A stretch of 62,399 nt of DNA, counting the filler, from Candidatus Zhuqueibacterota bacterium (GTDB lineage Bacteria; BS750m-G25), in assembly GCA_016783505.1 (NCBI GenBank). It is 3 parts of 3 records of this genome, joined end to end, with 100 filler letters (N's around TTAATTAATTAA, not from the genome) between each part and the next. Parts side by side here need not be neighbours in the genome. Positions count along the whole stretch, not along the records: positions 1 to 28,557 come from JADHWK010000032.1; 2 more parts are not named here. One strand, given 5' to 3'. The notes below the pieces were generated by a model that ran no database searches, had not been told where the DNA came from, and was given only the letters and a program-made list of their open reading frames with translations. Made by a program: the position numbers and the translations under genes. Position 1 is the stretch's first letter; each line of letters starts with the position of its first letter. Shown one piece after another: positions 9,691 to 19,814 of this stretch.

Positions 9691-10356
9691 ATGAAAACTT
9701 TCCTTATCGTCTTAGCGGTCATCGTCGTCGTCACTTCCGCCATCTTTCTCTATTTCTGGCACCGGGCCGGGCTTTTACCGGAATGGTATGACCGGGAAGG
9801 ATGGGAAGAAGCATGGCAACAGGCGGAAACCACTGCTGAACGGCTTCACCAACGGGTGGGCGCCGCACCGCCAGGGGAACTTACCCTGACCCTGACGGAT
9901 GAGGAAGTGGGAGCCATCCTGTGGCAGAACATTGCCTCGAGGATAAAAGGGGATGTACCAGGGGCCATCAAGGGGCTGCGGGTCCAGATACAAAGGGGGG
10001 TGCTGAAGGCTGAGGTGGTGATCAACCTGTCCCGACTTCCTGCGGGGGCCCTGCCCAAACGGGCCCGCCGGGTTCAAGCCAAGCTGCTTCAGACCTTTGA
10101 TTTTTTGGGGAGAGGAGAGGTCTATTTCCGTATAACGGGACATCATAAAATCGAGGATGGTCATCTTGCCTTAGATAGAAAAGCAACCGTCAGCATCGGG
10201 GACCTGGACTTTACTCTGGAAAGATTGGCCCACATCTTAGGTGTTGAAGACCTTTTGGATAAGAAAATAAAGGTGGGGTTTGACGACAGGCTGAGCATCG
10301 AGAAAATAATTTTGGAAGATGACGAAGCCGTTCTAATCGGCAAAATTCAATCTTAA
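9691..10356 (+). CDS. Membrane-anchored hypothetical protein
   Basis: Single N-terminal TM helix and a 221-aa ORF with host-like codon usage. Confidence 0.6.
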   Translation: MKTFLIVLAVIVVVTSAIFLYFWHRAGLLPEWYDREGWEEAWQQAETTAERLHQRVGAAPPGELTLTLTDEEVGAILWQNIASRIKGDVPGAIKGLRVQIQRGVLKAEVVINLSRLPAGALPKRARRVQAKLLQTFDFLGRGEVYFRITGHHKIEDGHLALDRKATVSIGDLDFTLERLAHILGVEDLLDKKIKVGFDDRLSIEKIILEDDEAVLIGKIQS

Positions 10357-10364
10357 CAATACAG

Positions 10365-10507
10365 CCACTCCCGAAATATCGGGATCACTTCGTGACAAGG
10401 CACTAAGGCACAAAGAAAAAATTTAAAAAACTTTAAATTAGCATAATAAATTGTTTTTTATGTTTCTTAGTGACTTCGCCTGCCCGGCCAGGGTGTCTTC
10501 GTGGCAA
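10365..10507. repeat. Inverted 9-mer repeat mini-element with nested palindromes
   Basis: Left arm GCCAC[...]ACAAGGCACTAAGGCACAAAG; right arm CTTAGTGACTTC[GCCTGCCCGGCCAGG]GTGTCTTCGTGGC. A related right arm occurs at 50960-50985. Confidence 0.6.
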
Positions 10508-10552
10508 ATGATTTAGTCCTGAACTGTAACATTAAATCTTAAGGAGAGAAAT

Positions 10553-10840
10553 ATGCCTAAAAAATGGAGCCGTGAAGAGGAGCTTTTCCTGTTTAAGAAT
10601 TATGAAAAGATGCCCAAGGAGGAGCTTTTGAAGAAGTTTGGGGTAACCCGCAAGTCCCTATCCCACAAAATAAAACGGTTGCGGGATAAAAACGAGAGGC
10701 AGCAATTGTTTCCTTTTCTCGAAAAGAAAGGGGAATCAAAAGCGAAACAGACCGAACTTGCCCCGTCAGGGTTCGAAATCATGACAGAAGAGGGATGGAA
10801 ACCGGTGATGTTCAGGAAGAAAAGGATTGAGGCTGAATGA
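10553..10840 (+). CDS. Small Myb/HTH-like DNA-binding protein
   Basis: KWSREEELFL...ELLKKFGVTRKSLSHKIKRL and SD AAGGAG. Confidence 0.6.
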   Translation: MPKKWSREEELFLFKNYEKMPKEELLKKFGVTRKSLSHKIKRLRDKNERQQLFPFLEKKGESKAKQTELAPSGFEIMTEEGWKPVMFRKKRIEAE

Positions 10841-10876
10841 TCGGTTTTGCCCTAAAGCGGAAATAAAATTCCAGCA

Positions 10877-11869
10877 TTGATGGAAGCCATAATCACAAAA
10901 AATCTGACCAAGAGGTTCAAGGACCTGGTTGCGGTTGACAACGTCTGTCTGGGGGTTGGGGAGGGGAAGATCTTCGGGCTTTTGGGGCCCAACGGGGCCG
11001 GGAAAACCACCCTTATCTCAATGCTAAGCACCCTGCTCAAGCCTACTTCCGGCGACGGCTGGGTGTGGGGCCAAAATATCCGTAAGGACCAGGACCGGGT
11101 CCGCCGGGCCATCGGCATTGTGTTTCAAGACCCTTCCTTAGACGATGAACTAACCACCTACGAGAATCTGGAGTTCCACGGCCGGCTGTATGGGGTTGCC
11201 AGGGAAGTTCGCCGGAAACGAATAAAAGATCTTTTGACGCTGATGGAGCTTGCCGACAGAGAGAGGGCCATGGTTAAGACCTTTTCCGGGGGGATGAAGC
11301 GGCGGCTTGAGATCGCCCGCGGGCTGTTGCATTACCCAAAGGTTTTATTCTTAGATGAGCCCACCCTGGGCCTGGACCCCCAGACCAGGCGCCGCATCTG
11401 GGAGTACATCAGGAACTTAAACGAAGTTGAAAAGGTTACCATCGTGTTGACTACCCATTACATGGAGGAGGCGGACTACCTCTGCGGTCGCATCGCCATT
11501 ATTGACCATGGCCGCATCATTGCCCTGGACCTCAGTCAGAATCTGAAGAATATCGTGGGGGGGGATGTGATCTCGCTACTGGTGCTCCATCCCCAGGAGG
11601 TGGCCAAACTCCTTTCTCCCTTCCCCTGGATTAAACAGGTCAAAATTCACGACGGAGTATTGGATTTGAGCGTAGAAAAGGGTGAGGAAAAAATTCCGAA
11701 GATCATGAAGATTATAGGGGGGAATGGGCTGGAAGTCAGATCAATCAGCTTACATAAGCCAACTCTGGAGGACGTGTTTCTCCATTTTACCGGTAAGACA
11801 ATCCGGGAAGAAGAGGGATCGTTTACCGAAACCATGAGGATGAGGATGCGGGCATGGAGAAAACGCTAG
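10877..11869 (+). CDS. ABC exporter ATP-binding subunit (DrrA family)
   Basis: Motifs GPNGAGKT, FSGGMKRRL, LFLDEPT and TTHYMEEA. Confidence 0.93.
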   Translation: MMEAIITKNLTKRFKDLVAVDNVCLGVGEGKIFGLLGPNGAGKTTLISMLSTLLKPTSGDGWVWGQNIRKDQDRVRRAIGIVFQDPSLDDELTTYENLEFHGRLYGVAREVRRKRIKDLLTLMELADRERAMVKTFSGGMKRRLEIARGLLHYPKVLFLDEPTLGLDPQTRRRIWEYIRNLNEVEKVTIVLTTHYMEEADYLCGRIAIIDHGRIIALDLSQNLKNIVGGDVISLLVLHPQEVAKLLSPFPWIKQVKIHDGVLDLSVEKGEEKIPKIMKIIGGNGLEVRSISLHKPTLEDVFLHFTGKTIREEEGSFTETMRMRMRAWRKR

Positions 11870-12053
11870 CCACCCGAACGGATTAGCCTCTTTTATTGGA
11901 CATACAGCTTTGGCAAAATGATCAAAATTTACAGATTACAAGCTCCAAATCCCAAATACAAACAAATCGGTCAGGCGCCGGACTGATGGTTATTTGAATT
12001 TGCTAAATTAAGTAATCAGCGTTTATTCTTAACAAAGTTTAGTTAGGCATAAA

Positions 12054-12803
12054 ATGGGAGCAGTGTATGTAATCTGGTTGCGGGAGTTAAAGCGCTTTCT
12101 CCGGGCAAAGAGCCGGGTAATCGGCAGCCTGGGGATGCCCTTTTTCTTTTTGGCCATCCTGGGTATCGGCCTGGACCGGAGCTTTCGCATCCCGGGGCTT
12201 CAGGATAACTACATTGCCTTTGTGGCCCCGGGAATCATTGGGATGGTGCTCCTTTTCTCATCGGTTATCTCCGGGATATCGGTGATCTGGGACCGGAAGT
12301 TCGGGTTTCTGAAGGAGATGTTAGTCGCCCCTATTTCCCGAACCTCCATAGTGGCCGGAAAAACCTTGGGGGGAACGACCACCGCTGTCATCCAGGCCCT
12401 GCTCATGCTGGGGGTAGCCCTGATCGTGGGGGCTAAAGTGCATTCCATCATTGGCCTATTTATCTCTGTGCTTTTCATGATCATCATCGCTGCCTCCTTC
12501 GTCGGGGTGGGGTTGGCCTTTGCCTCCCGGATGGAGGACCCCCACGGGTTTCAGCTCATCATAAACTTCATCATCATGCCCATCTTTTTTCTCTCCGGGG
12601 CCTTCTTTCCTCTGGATAACCTGCCCCAATGGCTAAAGGTCATCTCCCTTTTGAACCCCTTAACCTACGGAGTGGACGGCCTCCGGGGTTCGCTCATTGG
12701 CCTCTCCGCTTTCCCCCTGATCATGGATTTTGTCCTCCTTTTAGGGTTCTTCGCCCTGATGACCGGGGTGAGTACCTACCTGTTCGCCAGAAGTGAGGCG
12801 TAA
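12054..12803 (+). CDS. ABC-2 type permease (DrrB family)
   Basis: Six TM helices with DRKFGFLKEMLVAP, SGAFFP and NPLTYGVD. Confidence 0.92.
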   Translation: MGAVYVIWLRELKRFLRAKSRVIGSLGMPFFFLAILGIGLDRSFRIPGLQDNYIAFVAPGIIGMVLLFSSVISGISVIWDRKFGFLKEMLVAPISRTSIVAGKTLGGTTTAVIQALLMLGVALIVGAKVHSIIGLFISVLFMIIIAASFVGVGLAFASRMEDPHGFQLIINFIIMPIFFLSGAFFPLDNLPQWLKVISLLNPLTYGVDGLRGSLIGLSAFPLIMDFVLLLGFFALMTGVSTYLFARSEA

Positions 12804-12919
12804 ACTATTCTCCCCTGATGGACCAAAGAACTATCTTCCTTAAAAATCCAGCCCTCAAATTTCGGATATTAGACAAATATTTTCGTTGCTTTTAAAATGA
12901 TTACTTCTTATATTTCTAT

Positions 12920-13444
12920 ATGTCTTCCGAAAACTTTTTCTGGTACATCCTTTCCATCGCCATCGTCTTAGGGGGGCTGTTGGGGTGCAGCTGGCTGTTC
13001 TACGCGATGCGCTCCCGGCTGTTGGACTCCTGGAAGAAATACTACACCGCCCTCTTCTATCGGCTGCAGGAGGAAGCGGATATAGATATTCCGCTGGCGG
13101 AAAAACAGACTGAATGCGAAATTGATCAATTTTTGGCTCAACTTCAAGAACAGGTAAGACCTATCCTTTACGATCGGTTTGTCAAAGTAGCCGGGGGGCT
13201 AAAGCGGATCATCCGGATGAAACACGTTCTGGGACGCTACCTTTTCCTACCCCTCAAGGTGGCCGGACCGGTGATCGCCCTGGTTATGATTCTCTTGATC
13301 GTAATGCGTGCCCGCCTCACCAGTTCGTGGCCTATGAAAGCCGTTCTCTACTTTGGCGTAAGCGCCATTATTATTCAGTTTATCCTTCTGCTGTATGTGA
13401 CCATCCGGGACCAGATCAACTTCTCCCAACAGGCTAAGGTATAG
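12920..13444 (+). CDS. Hypothetical three-TM membrane protein
   Basis: Hydrophobic helices; ends 6 bp before the phosphatase gene. Confidence 0.6.
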   Translation: MSSENFFWYILSIAIVLGGLLGCSWLFYAMRSRLLDSWKKYYTALFYRLQEEADIDIPLAEKQTECEIDQFLAQLQEQVRPILYDRFVKVAGGLKRIIRMKHVLGRYLFLPLKVAGPVIALVMILLIVMRARLTSSWPMKAVLYFGVSAIIIQFILLLYVTIRDQINFSQQAKV

Positions 13445-13450
13445 GATAAA

Positions 13451-14782
13451 ATGAGCCCACGTAAACGTACTGATTTCCTGTCAATTAACGACATAGACCG
13501 GCTGAAAGAGGAGAACCGTAAGCTCCACGCCCTGATTGAGGCCACCCAGGCCATTAACTCTACCCTGGACTTGGATCGTCTGTTGGGGATAATCTTAGAA
13601 TCGGCCCGTAAGAACATCGGCGCCGAGCGGGGAACCCTTTATCTGGTGGATCAGGACAAAAAAGAGATCTGGTCCAAAATTCTGCAGGGGGAGGAGAAGA
13701 TCGAAGTAAGGCTTCCCTTTGGCGAGGGGATCGCCGGGGCGGTGGCCCAGACTGGAAAAACCGTCAACATTAAAGATGCCTACCTGGATGCCCGCTTCAA
13801 CCGGCGGGTTGACGAGGAAACGGGCTACCGCACCAAGACCGTCCTCTGCAGCCCCATTCGGAACAAGGACGGTTTGATCGTTGGGGTTTTCCAAATTCTG
13901 AACAAGGAATCCGGGATATTCAGCCCCTCCGATGAGGAGTTTTTAGACGCCCTGTCCGTGCACGCCGCCCTGGCCCTGGAAAACGCCCAGCTTTATCAGG
14001 AGGCGCTGGAGAAGAAACGGATTGAGGATGAGATCACCCTGGCCCGGGAGATCCAGCAGCGGCTGTTGCCGGGTTCGGTGCCTCGGGTTGACAGCTATCA
14101 GATCAGCGGGGTCAACCGCTCTTCCCGCCAGATCGGGGGGGATTATTACGACCTCATCCAACTGGATGAGGGAAAGCTCGGATTTGCCATCGGGGACGTG
14201 TCGGGCAAGGGGATTCCGGCGGCCCTCCTTATGGCCGCTGTTCAGGCCAGCCTCCACTCCCAGATCAGAACCGGATGTCCCATAGAAGAAGTAGTAAGCC
14301 GGATCAACGACCTTATCTACCAAAGCACCGATCCCTCCAAATTCATCACCTTTTTTTACGGTATTCTCCATCCCCAGACGGGGGAGGTGGAATATGTCAA
14401 CGCCGGCCATAACCCACCCCTGCTGGTCAGGCAGACAGGGGAGCCGGAATTTTTAGAAAAAGGGGGGGTCATACTGGGGGTAGCCCCCGGGTTGCCCTAT
14501 TATAAAGGAACCCTTAGCCTCAGTGAAGGGGACCTCCTCGTCCTGTTCACCGACGGGGTAACCGAAGCCAAGGACCCTGAAGACCGGGAATTTTCAGAAG
14601 AGAGGTTTTATGAACTGATCGGTAAGTGCAGGGATAGTTCTACCGAGGAAATTGTCTCCAGGACATTAAGCGAGATTGACGCTTTTACATCCGGGATGCC
14701 CCAGAGCGATGATATTACGTTGGTGGTTATAAAGAAAATTGGTAATAGTTCATCAAGTCGTAAGGAAAGGAGAGTCCTATGA
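13451..14782 (+). CDS. GAF domain plus PP2C/SpoIIE (RsbU-like) phosphatase
   Basis: GAF domain with NKxxG, followed by GGDYYD, GDVSGKG, NAGH, FTDGVTEA and DDIT. Confidence 0.92.
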   Translation: MSPRKRTDFLSINDIDRLKEENRKLHALIEATQAINSTLDLDRLLGIILESARKNIGAERGTLYLVDQDKKEIWSKILQGEEKIEVRLPFGEGIAGAVAQTGKTVNIKDAYLDARFNRRVDEETGYRTKTVLCSPIRNKDGLIVGVFQILNKESGIFSPSDEEFLDALSVHAALALENAQLYQEALEKKRIEDEITLAREIQQRLLPGSVPRVDSYQISGVNRSSRQIGGDYYDLIQLDEGKLGFAIGDVSGKGIPAALLMAAVQASLHSQIRTGCPIEEVVSRINDLIYQSTDPSKFITFFYGILHPQTGEVEYVNAGHNPPLLVRQTGEPEFLEKGGVILGVAPGLPYYKGTLSLSEGDLLVLFTDGVTEAKDPEDREFSEERFYELIGKCRDSSTEEIVSRTLSEIDAFTSGMPQSDDITLVVIKKIGNSSSSRKERRVL

Positions 14783-15849
14783 AGGTGGTTGGTTTGCTGT
14801 TGATCCTGATCGTGGTGGTGGGGGCGTTGGTATTCGCAGTAAGGGACGATACCTTGGTTATTGATTGGCGGGGGTTTTTGATCCTGGTGGGGGGGCTGAT
14901 TATGATTACACCTTTCACTTTTCCCATCTCGGAGATCGGAAAGGCCATCGGTGAGGGCATCCCCGCCTCGGCCGTTATTTCCCGCCGTCGGCAACTGCTG
15001 GCCCAGACTATCGTGGGCATGGTGGGGGATACGGCCCTGCTGTTCGGCGTTTCTTTGACCGCGCTGGCGGGGTTGGGATTGCTCACCAGCGTTTATACCA
15101 AACAGGCCATTGGTGCGGCCCAGTTTGCCGAGGTGCTTTCCATCCTGGTAATGGCCTTCCTGCTGAAACTTTTAGCACACTGGATCAAGGGCCGGCTGGC
15201 GATGAAAAAGACCAAAGAGGATGAGATCCCGGAGTGGCCGGAGCCCCTGGAGGTCTTTATCGCCTATGACAAGATCTCCTACATATTTTTGGCCTTCTTC
15301 ATCGGGGTGGTGGCGATCGCCTTCAGTAGGTTTCTGCCTGGTTCCATCTCGTGGAAGTCATCCCTGATCGCCCCGATCGTTGTGCTGGGCGGAGGGGTGC
15401 TGGCTACCTCAATCGAACATAGCTTCGGGGACATCACCCGGCTGGTGGGAAGCATTTTTAAAAAGGCTAAAGCCCTACCCAAGGAGGATTACCTCTCCCT
15501 AGCCCGGGTCCATCAATCCCTGCACCGGAATGTCCTCTACATAGGTCTTTTGGGATCGCTGGGGGCGGCGGTTTCCGTTTTTCTGTTTACCAAAGAATAC
15601 ATTATGGTGGGTCGGCCCTCTATGGAATTAGCCCTGGGATTTATCTTATGGGGAGGCCTGTTGGCCATCCCGATGAAGGCCTGGGAGGCCCGGGATGTGA
15701 GCAAACTGAACGTGTTAGGGGAGGCCTTTGCCCCCCAACCCCGCTCTCTGGATACAACGGTGGCTGTTATCTTCACCGGGCTTTTGCTCTATCTCTTCAA
15801 CGTACTGGTCACCATGAAGCTTCTGCAAAAGGTGTTCTTCGGGGGCTAA
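14779..15849 (+). CDS. Membrane protein with two tandem MotA/TolQ/ExbB-like repeats
   Basis: Two internal repeats (ILVGGLIMITPFTFP and IVVLGGGVLATSIEHS), each followed by two further TMs. ATGA overlap with the phosphatase gene. Confidence 0.55.
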   Translation: MKVVGLLLILIVVVGALVFAVRDDTLVIDWRGFLILVGGLIMITPFTFPISEIGKAIGEGIPASAVISRRRQLLAQTIVGMVGDTALLFGVSLTALAGLGLLTSVYTKQAIGAAQFAEVLSILVMAFLLKLLAHWIKGRLAMKKTKEDEIPEWPEPLEVFIAYDKISYIFLAFFIGVVAIAFSRFLPGSISWKSSLIAPIVVLGGGVLATSIEHSFGDITRLVGSIFKKAKALPKEDYLSLARVHQSLHRNVLYIGLLGSLGAAVSVFLFTKEYIMVGRPSMELALGFILWGGLLAIPMKAWEARDVSKLNVLGEAFAPQPRSLDTTVAVIFTGLLLYLFNVLVTMKLLQKVFFGG

Positions 15850-15914
15850 CAATCTGGTGTTCTATTAACTAAACGTCTCGGAATTTCTGATAGTTAACTT
15901 TAGGAAAATAGGTA

Positions 15915-16052
15915 GGTTGCGTAGAACGGCTTTCGGTTACGCAGCTCGTTACGGCAAACGGTTGCGTGCCAGCAGCCGAAGACCGATTGACGATAGGCGA
16001 AATCCCGAAACTTTCCCGAAATTTCGGGACAACCATTTGACGTAACCGAACG
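15915..16052. repeat. Degenerate inverted repeat cluster (CGGTTACG/CGTAACCG) with a nested CCCGA-N-TCGGG palindrome
   Basis: Recurrent GGTTGCG/CGGTTACG units and the complementary CGTAACCG. Confidence 0.45.
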
Positions 16053-16115
16053 TTTCAGAAATTGGCCAGTTGCCAGAAGGGGCTGAGTTCTTATATTTGA
16101 CAGAAAGGAGTAATC

Positions 16116-17375
16116 ATGGGATCGAAGACGGAAACGGTTCTGGATCGGTTTCTAAGGTATGTGAAGATTGATACCCAATCTCAAGAGGATAGCAAGGATT
16201 ACCCCAGCACCAAAAAGCAGTTTGATCTGGCCCGGCTTTTGAAGGCGGAATTAGAAGGGCTGAGTCTGAAGGACGTCCGGTTGGACAAATGGGGTTATGT
16301 CACCGCCACCCTACCCGCCAATCTTCCCCCGGATTGGGGGTCAAAAAAGGGGGTGCCGGTGGTGGGGCTTCTGGCCCATATGGACACCTCACCTGAAGTT
16401 TCGGGGACGGACATCAAACCCAGGATTCATAAAAATTATCAGGGGGGGGATATTCCCCTAAAGGATGGTCAAGTCATCAAGGTAGATGAAAACCCCGAGC
16501 TGAAGAACAATATCGGCAACGACGTCGTTACCTCGGATGGCACCACCCTTTTGGGGGCCGATGATAAGGCGGGGATCGCCGGGATCATGACGGCCCTGGA
16601 AGGGATGGTTAACGATCCTAAGATTTACCACGGGGAGATTCGGATAGGGTTTACCCCCGATGAGGAGGTGGGCCAGGGCACAGACCACTTCGACGTTCAC
16701 TCCTTCGGAGCCGAGGTGGCCTACACGGTGGACGGGAGCACGGTGGGCGAGGTTGAAAATGAGACCTTCAACGCCGCCACCGCCACCTTCAAGATTATGG
16801 GTATAAACGTCCACCCCGGCTATGCCAAAGGGAAGATGGTAAACGCCCTCCGAGCCGCCTCCGAGATCGTGTCCCGGCTGCCCCGGGACACCGCCCCGGA
16901 GACGACAGAGAAGAGGGAAGGGTACCTGCATCCCCATATGATGGAGGGACGGGTGGAGGAAGCCACCGTGAAGGTTCTGGTCCGGGATTTTGAGATGAAA
17001 GGGATGGAAGAGAAGGGGAAATTGCTGGAAAAGATCAGGGATGAAGTCACAGCATTATTCCCAAGGATAAAGATTGATCTTAATATTAAGGAATCCTACC
17101 GCAACATGCGGTTCAAACTGGATGAGGATCCCCGGGCGATGGAGTATGCCTTAGAGGCCGTCCGCATGGCGGGAATTGAGCCCAAGCCCGAGATCATCCG
17201 AGGGGGGACGGATGGCGCCCGGCTCTGCTACATGGGCCTTTTGACCCCTAACATCTTCACCGGCGGTCAGAACTTCCATTCCAAGCTGGAATGGATTCCG
17301 GTGCAGGGGATGGAAAAGGCGGTGGAGACGATCCTGAATCTGGTGCAGATTTGGGTGGAGAAGAGTAGGGTTTAG
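16116..17375 (+). CDS. pepT: Peptidase T (M20B)
   Basis: Motifs RFLRYVKIDTQS, AHMDTS, LGADDKAG, FTPDEEVG and IRGGTDG. Confidence 0.95.
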   Translation: MGSKTETVLDRFLRYVKIDTQSQEDSKDYPSTKKQFDLARLLKAELEGLSLKDVRLDKWGYVTATLPANLPPDWGSKKGVPVVGLLAHMDTSPEVSGTDIKPRIHKNYQGGDIPLKDGQVIKVDENPELKNNIGNDVVTSDGTTLLGADDKAGIAGIMTALEGMVNDPKIYHGEIRIGFTPDEEVGQGTDHFDVHSFGAEVAYTVDGSTVGEVENETFNAATATFKIMGINVHPGYAKGKMVNALRAASEIVSRLPRDTAPETTEKREGYLHPHMMEGRVEEATVKVLVRDFEMKGMEEKGKLLEKIRDEVTALFPRIKIDLNIKESYRNMRFKLDEDPRAMEYALEAVRMAGIEPKPEIIRGGTDGARLCYMGLLTPNIFTGGQNFHSKLEWIPVQGMEKAVETILNLVQIWVEKSRV

Positions 17376-17466
17376 ATTGAGCCCTCTTATTGGAATGTAG
17401 TTGCAGGCTGTCGGTCAAGCGCCCGATTGATTTGTTATATTCTGTTCTTTAAAATTGAGGTGCTTC

Positions 17467-17532
17467 GGAGTTACCCATTCACGGGTTTATTGTTTATGTT
17501 TATGATAAACCCCGAAGCTTCGGGGTAACTCC
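17467..17532. repeat. REP-like inverted doublet (GGAGTTACC-hairpin-GGTTTAT family)
   Basis: GGAGTTACCCATTCACGGGTTTAT and the inverse ATAAACCCCGAAGCTTCGGGGTAACTCC. The same family occurs at 24204-24305. Confidence 0.65.
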
Positions 17533-17559
17533 TTTTGTTTAAACTTAGCATTACTCGAT

Positions 17560-19176
17560 ATGTCTGCTACTTTATTGTTACTAATAGGGGTAGTTTTACT
17601 TCTGGGTGGTTACCTGTTATATGGGTCCTTTATCGCCCGAAGACTGGGGGTTGACCCGGCCCGGAAGACCCCAGCTCATTCATTGAACGATGGTGTGGAT
17701 TACGTCCCCGCCAGGGCTCCGGTGCTGTTAGGACATCACTTCGCTTCCATTGCCGGAGCCGCTCCCATCATAGGGCCGATCATTGCCGTAATGTTCGGCT
17801 GGCTGCCCGTCTTTCTGTGGATCGTGATCGGGGGGATCTTCATCGGCGCCGCGCACGATTTTTCCTCCCTGATCGCCTCGGTGCGCCATCAGGGCCGGTC
17901 CATCGGGGTGGTGATCGAGGAGCAGATCGGCCGGTCGGGGAAGCTTTTGTTTCTCATCTTTTCCTGGTCTACCCTCATTTTGATCATCGCCGTGTTCACT
18001 ATCATCGTGGCCGGTACCTTCGAGCGGGTGCCCTCGGCGGCCACCTCCTCAATGCTGTTTATCCTGCTGGCCCTGATCTTCGGCCAATCGGTCTACCGCT
18101 GGAGGTGGGGACTGGGCCTGAGCACCATCATTGGAGTTATTCTTCTGGGCGGTTGCGTGGTTTTGGGCCTTCGCTTTCCCATTCAATTCTCGGCAACTGG
18201 TTGGAAATTTGTCCTTTTTGTCTACATCTTTTGCGCTTCAGTGATCCCGGTGTGGGTTCTTCTCCAGCCCCGTGACTACCTGAATGCCTTTCTTCTGTAT
18301 GCATTAATGCTGGGGGGACTGATCGGGGTAGTCGCCTTCAATCCCACCATCCAGATGGCGGCGGTGACGGCATTTAAGGTGGAAAAATTGGGGTTCCTGT
18401 TTCCGGTGTTGTTTATAACGGTGGCCTGTGGGGCGGTGTCTGGGTTTCATTCTCTGGTGTCCTCGGGAACGACAGCCAAGCAGTTGAGCTCCGAGGCCGA
18501 CGCCCGCCCCATCGGATACGGGGCCATGCTGATCGAATCGGGGTTGGCCATCCTCGCCCTGATTACGGCGGCCATGTTGATTAAGGGGGATTATATTCAG
18601 ATTTTTCAGGAGAAGGGATCGGAGGCGCCGGTGGCCATCTTTTCCCAGGGCATGGGGACCCTACTCTCTAAATTGGGTGTTCCTACCCAAGCGGGAACCA
18701 GCTTCGCTGCCTTGGCCGTGTCTGCTTTTGCCCTAACCTCCTTGGACACGGGCACCCGGCTGGCTCGGTTCGCCTTTCAGGAATTTTTTAGCCGGGGTTC
18801 CGAGGAAGGTCCCAGTATATGGACCAACCGTTATTTTGGCAGCGGGGTTACGGTGGGGGCGGCCGGGGTGCTGGTGTTCAGCGGGGTGGGGTTGAAAATA
18901 TGGCCCCTGTTCGGGACCGCCAACCAACTGCTTGCTGCTCTAGCCCTTTTGGCGATCACCGTATGGATGACCCGACGGAAACGAAGCAATGGGTTTGCCC
19001 GTTATCCTATGTATTTTATGTTCATGGTGACCCTGTCAGCGCTGGGTGTCCTCGTCTGGCACAACTTCACCAAGGGGTCTTTACTAATAGGCTTCATAGC
19101 TGTGTTGCTCTTTGGGATGGCGGTCGTGCTGGTGGTGCAGGCGTTGAAGACTATTAGGGAGGCAAAAACGGCGTAG
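17560..19176 (+). CDS. cstA: Carbon starvation protein A family transporter
   Basis: Motifs DGVDYVP, GHHFASIAGAAPIIGP, ACGAVSGFHSL and TSLDTGTRL. Confidence 0.93.
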   Translation: MSATLLLLIGVVLLLGGYLLYGSFIARRLGVDPARKTPAHSLNDGVDYVPARAPVLLGHHFASIAGAAPIIGPIIAVMFGWLPVFLWIVIGGIFIGAAHDFSSLIASVRHQGRSIGVVIEEQIGRSGKLLFLIFSWSTLILIIAVFTIIVAGTFERVPSAATSSMLFILLALIFGQSVYRWRWGLGLSTIIGVILLGGCVVLGLRFPIQFSATGWKFVLFVYIFCASVIPVWVLLQPRDYLNAFLLYALMLGGLIGVVAFNPTIQMAAVTAFKVEKLGFLFPVLFITVACGAVSGFHSLVSSGTTAKQLSSEADARPIGYGAMLIESGLAILALITAAMLIKGDYIQIFQEKGSEAPVAIFSQGMGTLLSKLGVPTQAGTSFAALAVSAFALTSLDTGTRLARFAFQEFFSRGSEEGPSIWTNRYFGSGVTVGAAGVLVFSGVGLKIWPLFGTANQLLAALALLAITVWMTRRKRSNGFARYPMYFMFMVTLSALGVLVWHNFTKGSLLIGFIAVLLFGMAVVLVVQALKTIREAKTA

Positions 19177-19252
19177 AGAACTAAACTTTTGTATTTTTCA
19201 ATATGTGGGTGTTTTTAAGTACCCTGTTAGTCTTATGATTGAATATCTTTTG

Positions 19253-19496
19253 TCCCGAAGCTTCGGTAGGCCCATATCGAAGTCCGGTATTAATCATTCG
19301 TATCAGTCGGGAGCATGACTAATGATCGTATATCGTTTAACGTTAACGAGGCCCGTATCGAAGCCCGGCATTGGGCTTTCGTAGCCCGTTTTTACCGAAT
19401 AACGAAGGATGTAACCGAAAACCGATACGGGCCCCGTGGAGTAAGTTTTACTACTCAACGGGGCGGGCATCCTCACCGATAAACCGGTTACGATTA
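19253..19496. repeat. Degenerate inverted tandem-repeat cluster with nested palindromes
   Basis: TCGTAT-type units on the left and CCGATA/ACGAT-type units on the right, with nested CCCCGTGGAGTAAGTTTTACTACTCAACGGGG. Confidence 0.45.
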
Positions 19497-19547
19497 TTTT
19501 CTAATTGATTTTTACAATAGTTAAAGCGCAAAAAATGAGATAAGACC

Positions 19548-19763
19548 ATGAAAATCACATATGATCCTGAGGTAGACGTTCTATACATACGTTTCCGTGA
19601 GACGATAGTCACAACCCAACATCTTGCCGAGGGGTTGGCGGCGGATTACGATGCCGATGGGCATCTGGCAGGCATTGAGATATTAGATGCGATTAAGCGT
19701 TTTGGTAACAAAGATGTTTTCAAGCAGGTGATATTGGAAGATGTTGCCTTGGGTCATCCCTGA
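19548..19763 (+). CDS. DUF2283 family protein
   Basis: MKITYDPEVDVLYIRF...DYDADGHLAGIEILDA. Confidence 0.85.
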   Translation: MKITYDPEVDVLYIRFRETIVTTQHLAEGLAADYDADGHLAGIEILDAIKRFGNKDVFKQVILEDVALGHP

Positions 19764-19814
19764 CCATTCCAATTATCCCGTGGAGGAACTGTCGAATTAG
19801 AGGAGAAAATACAG

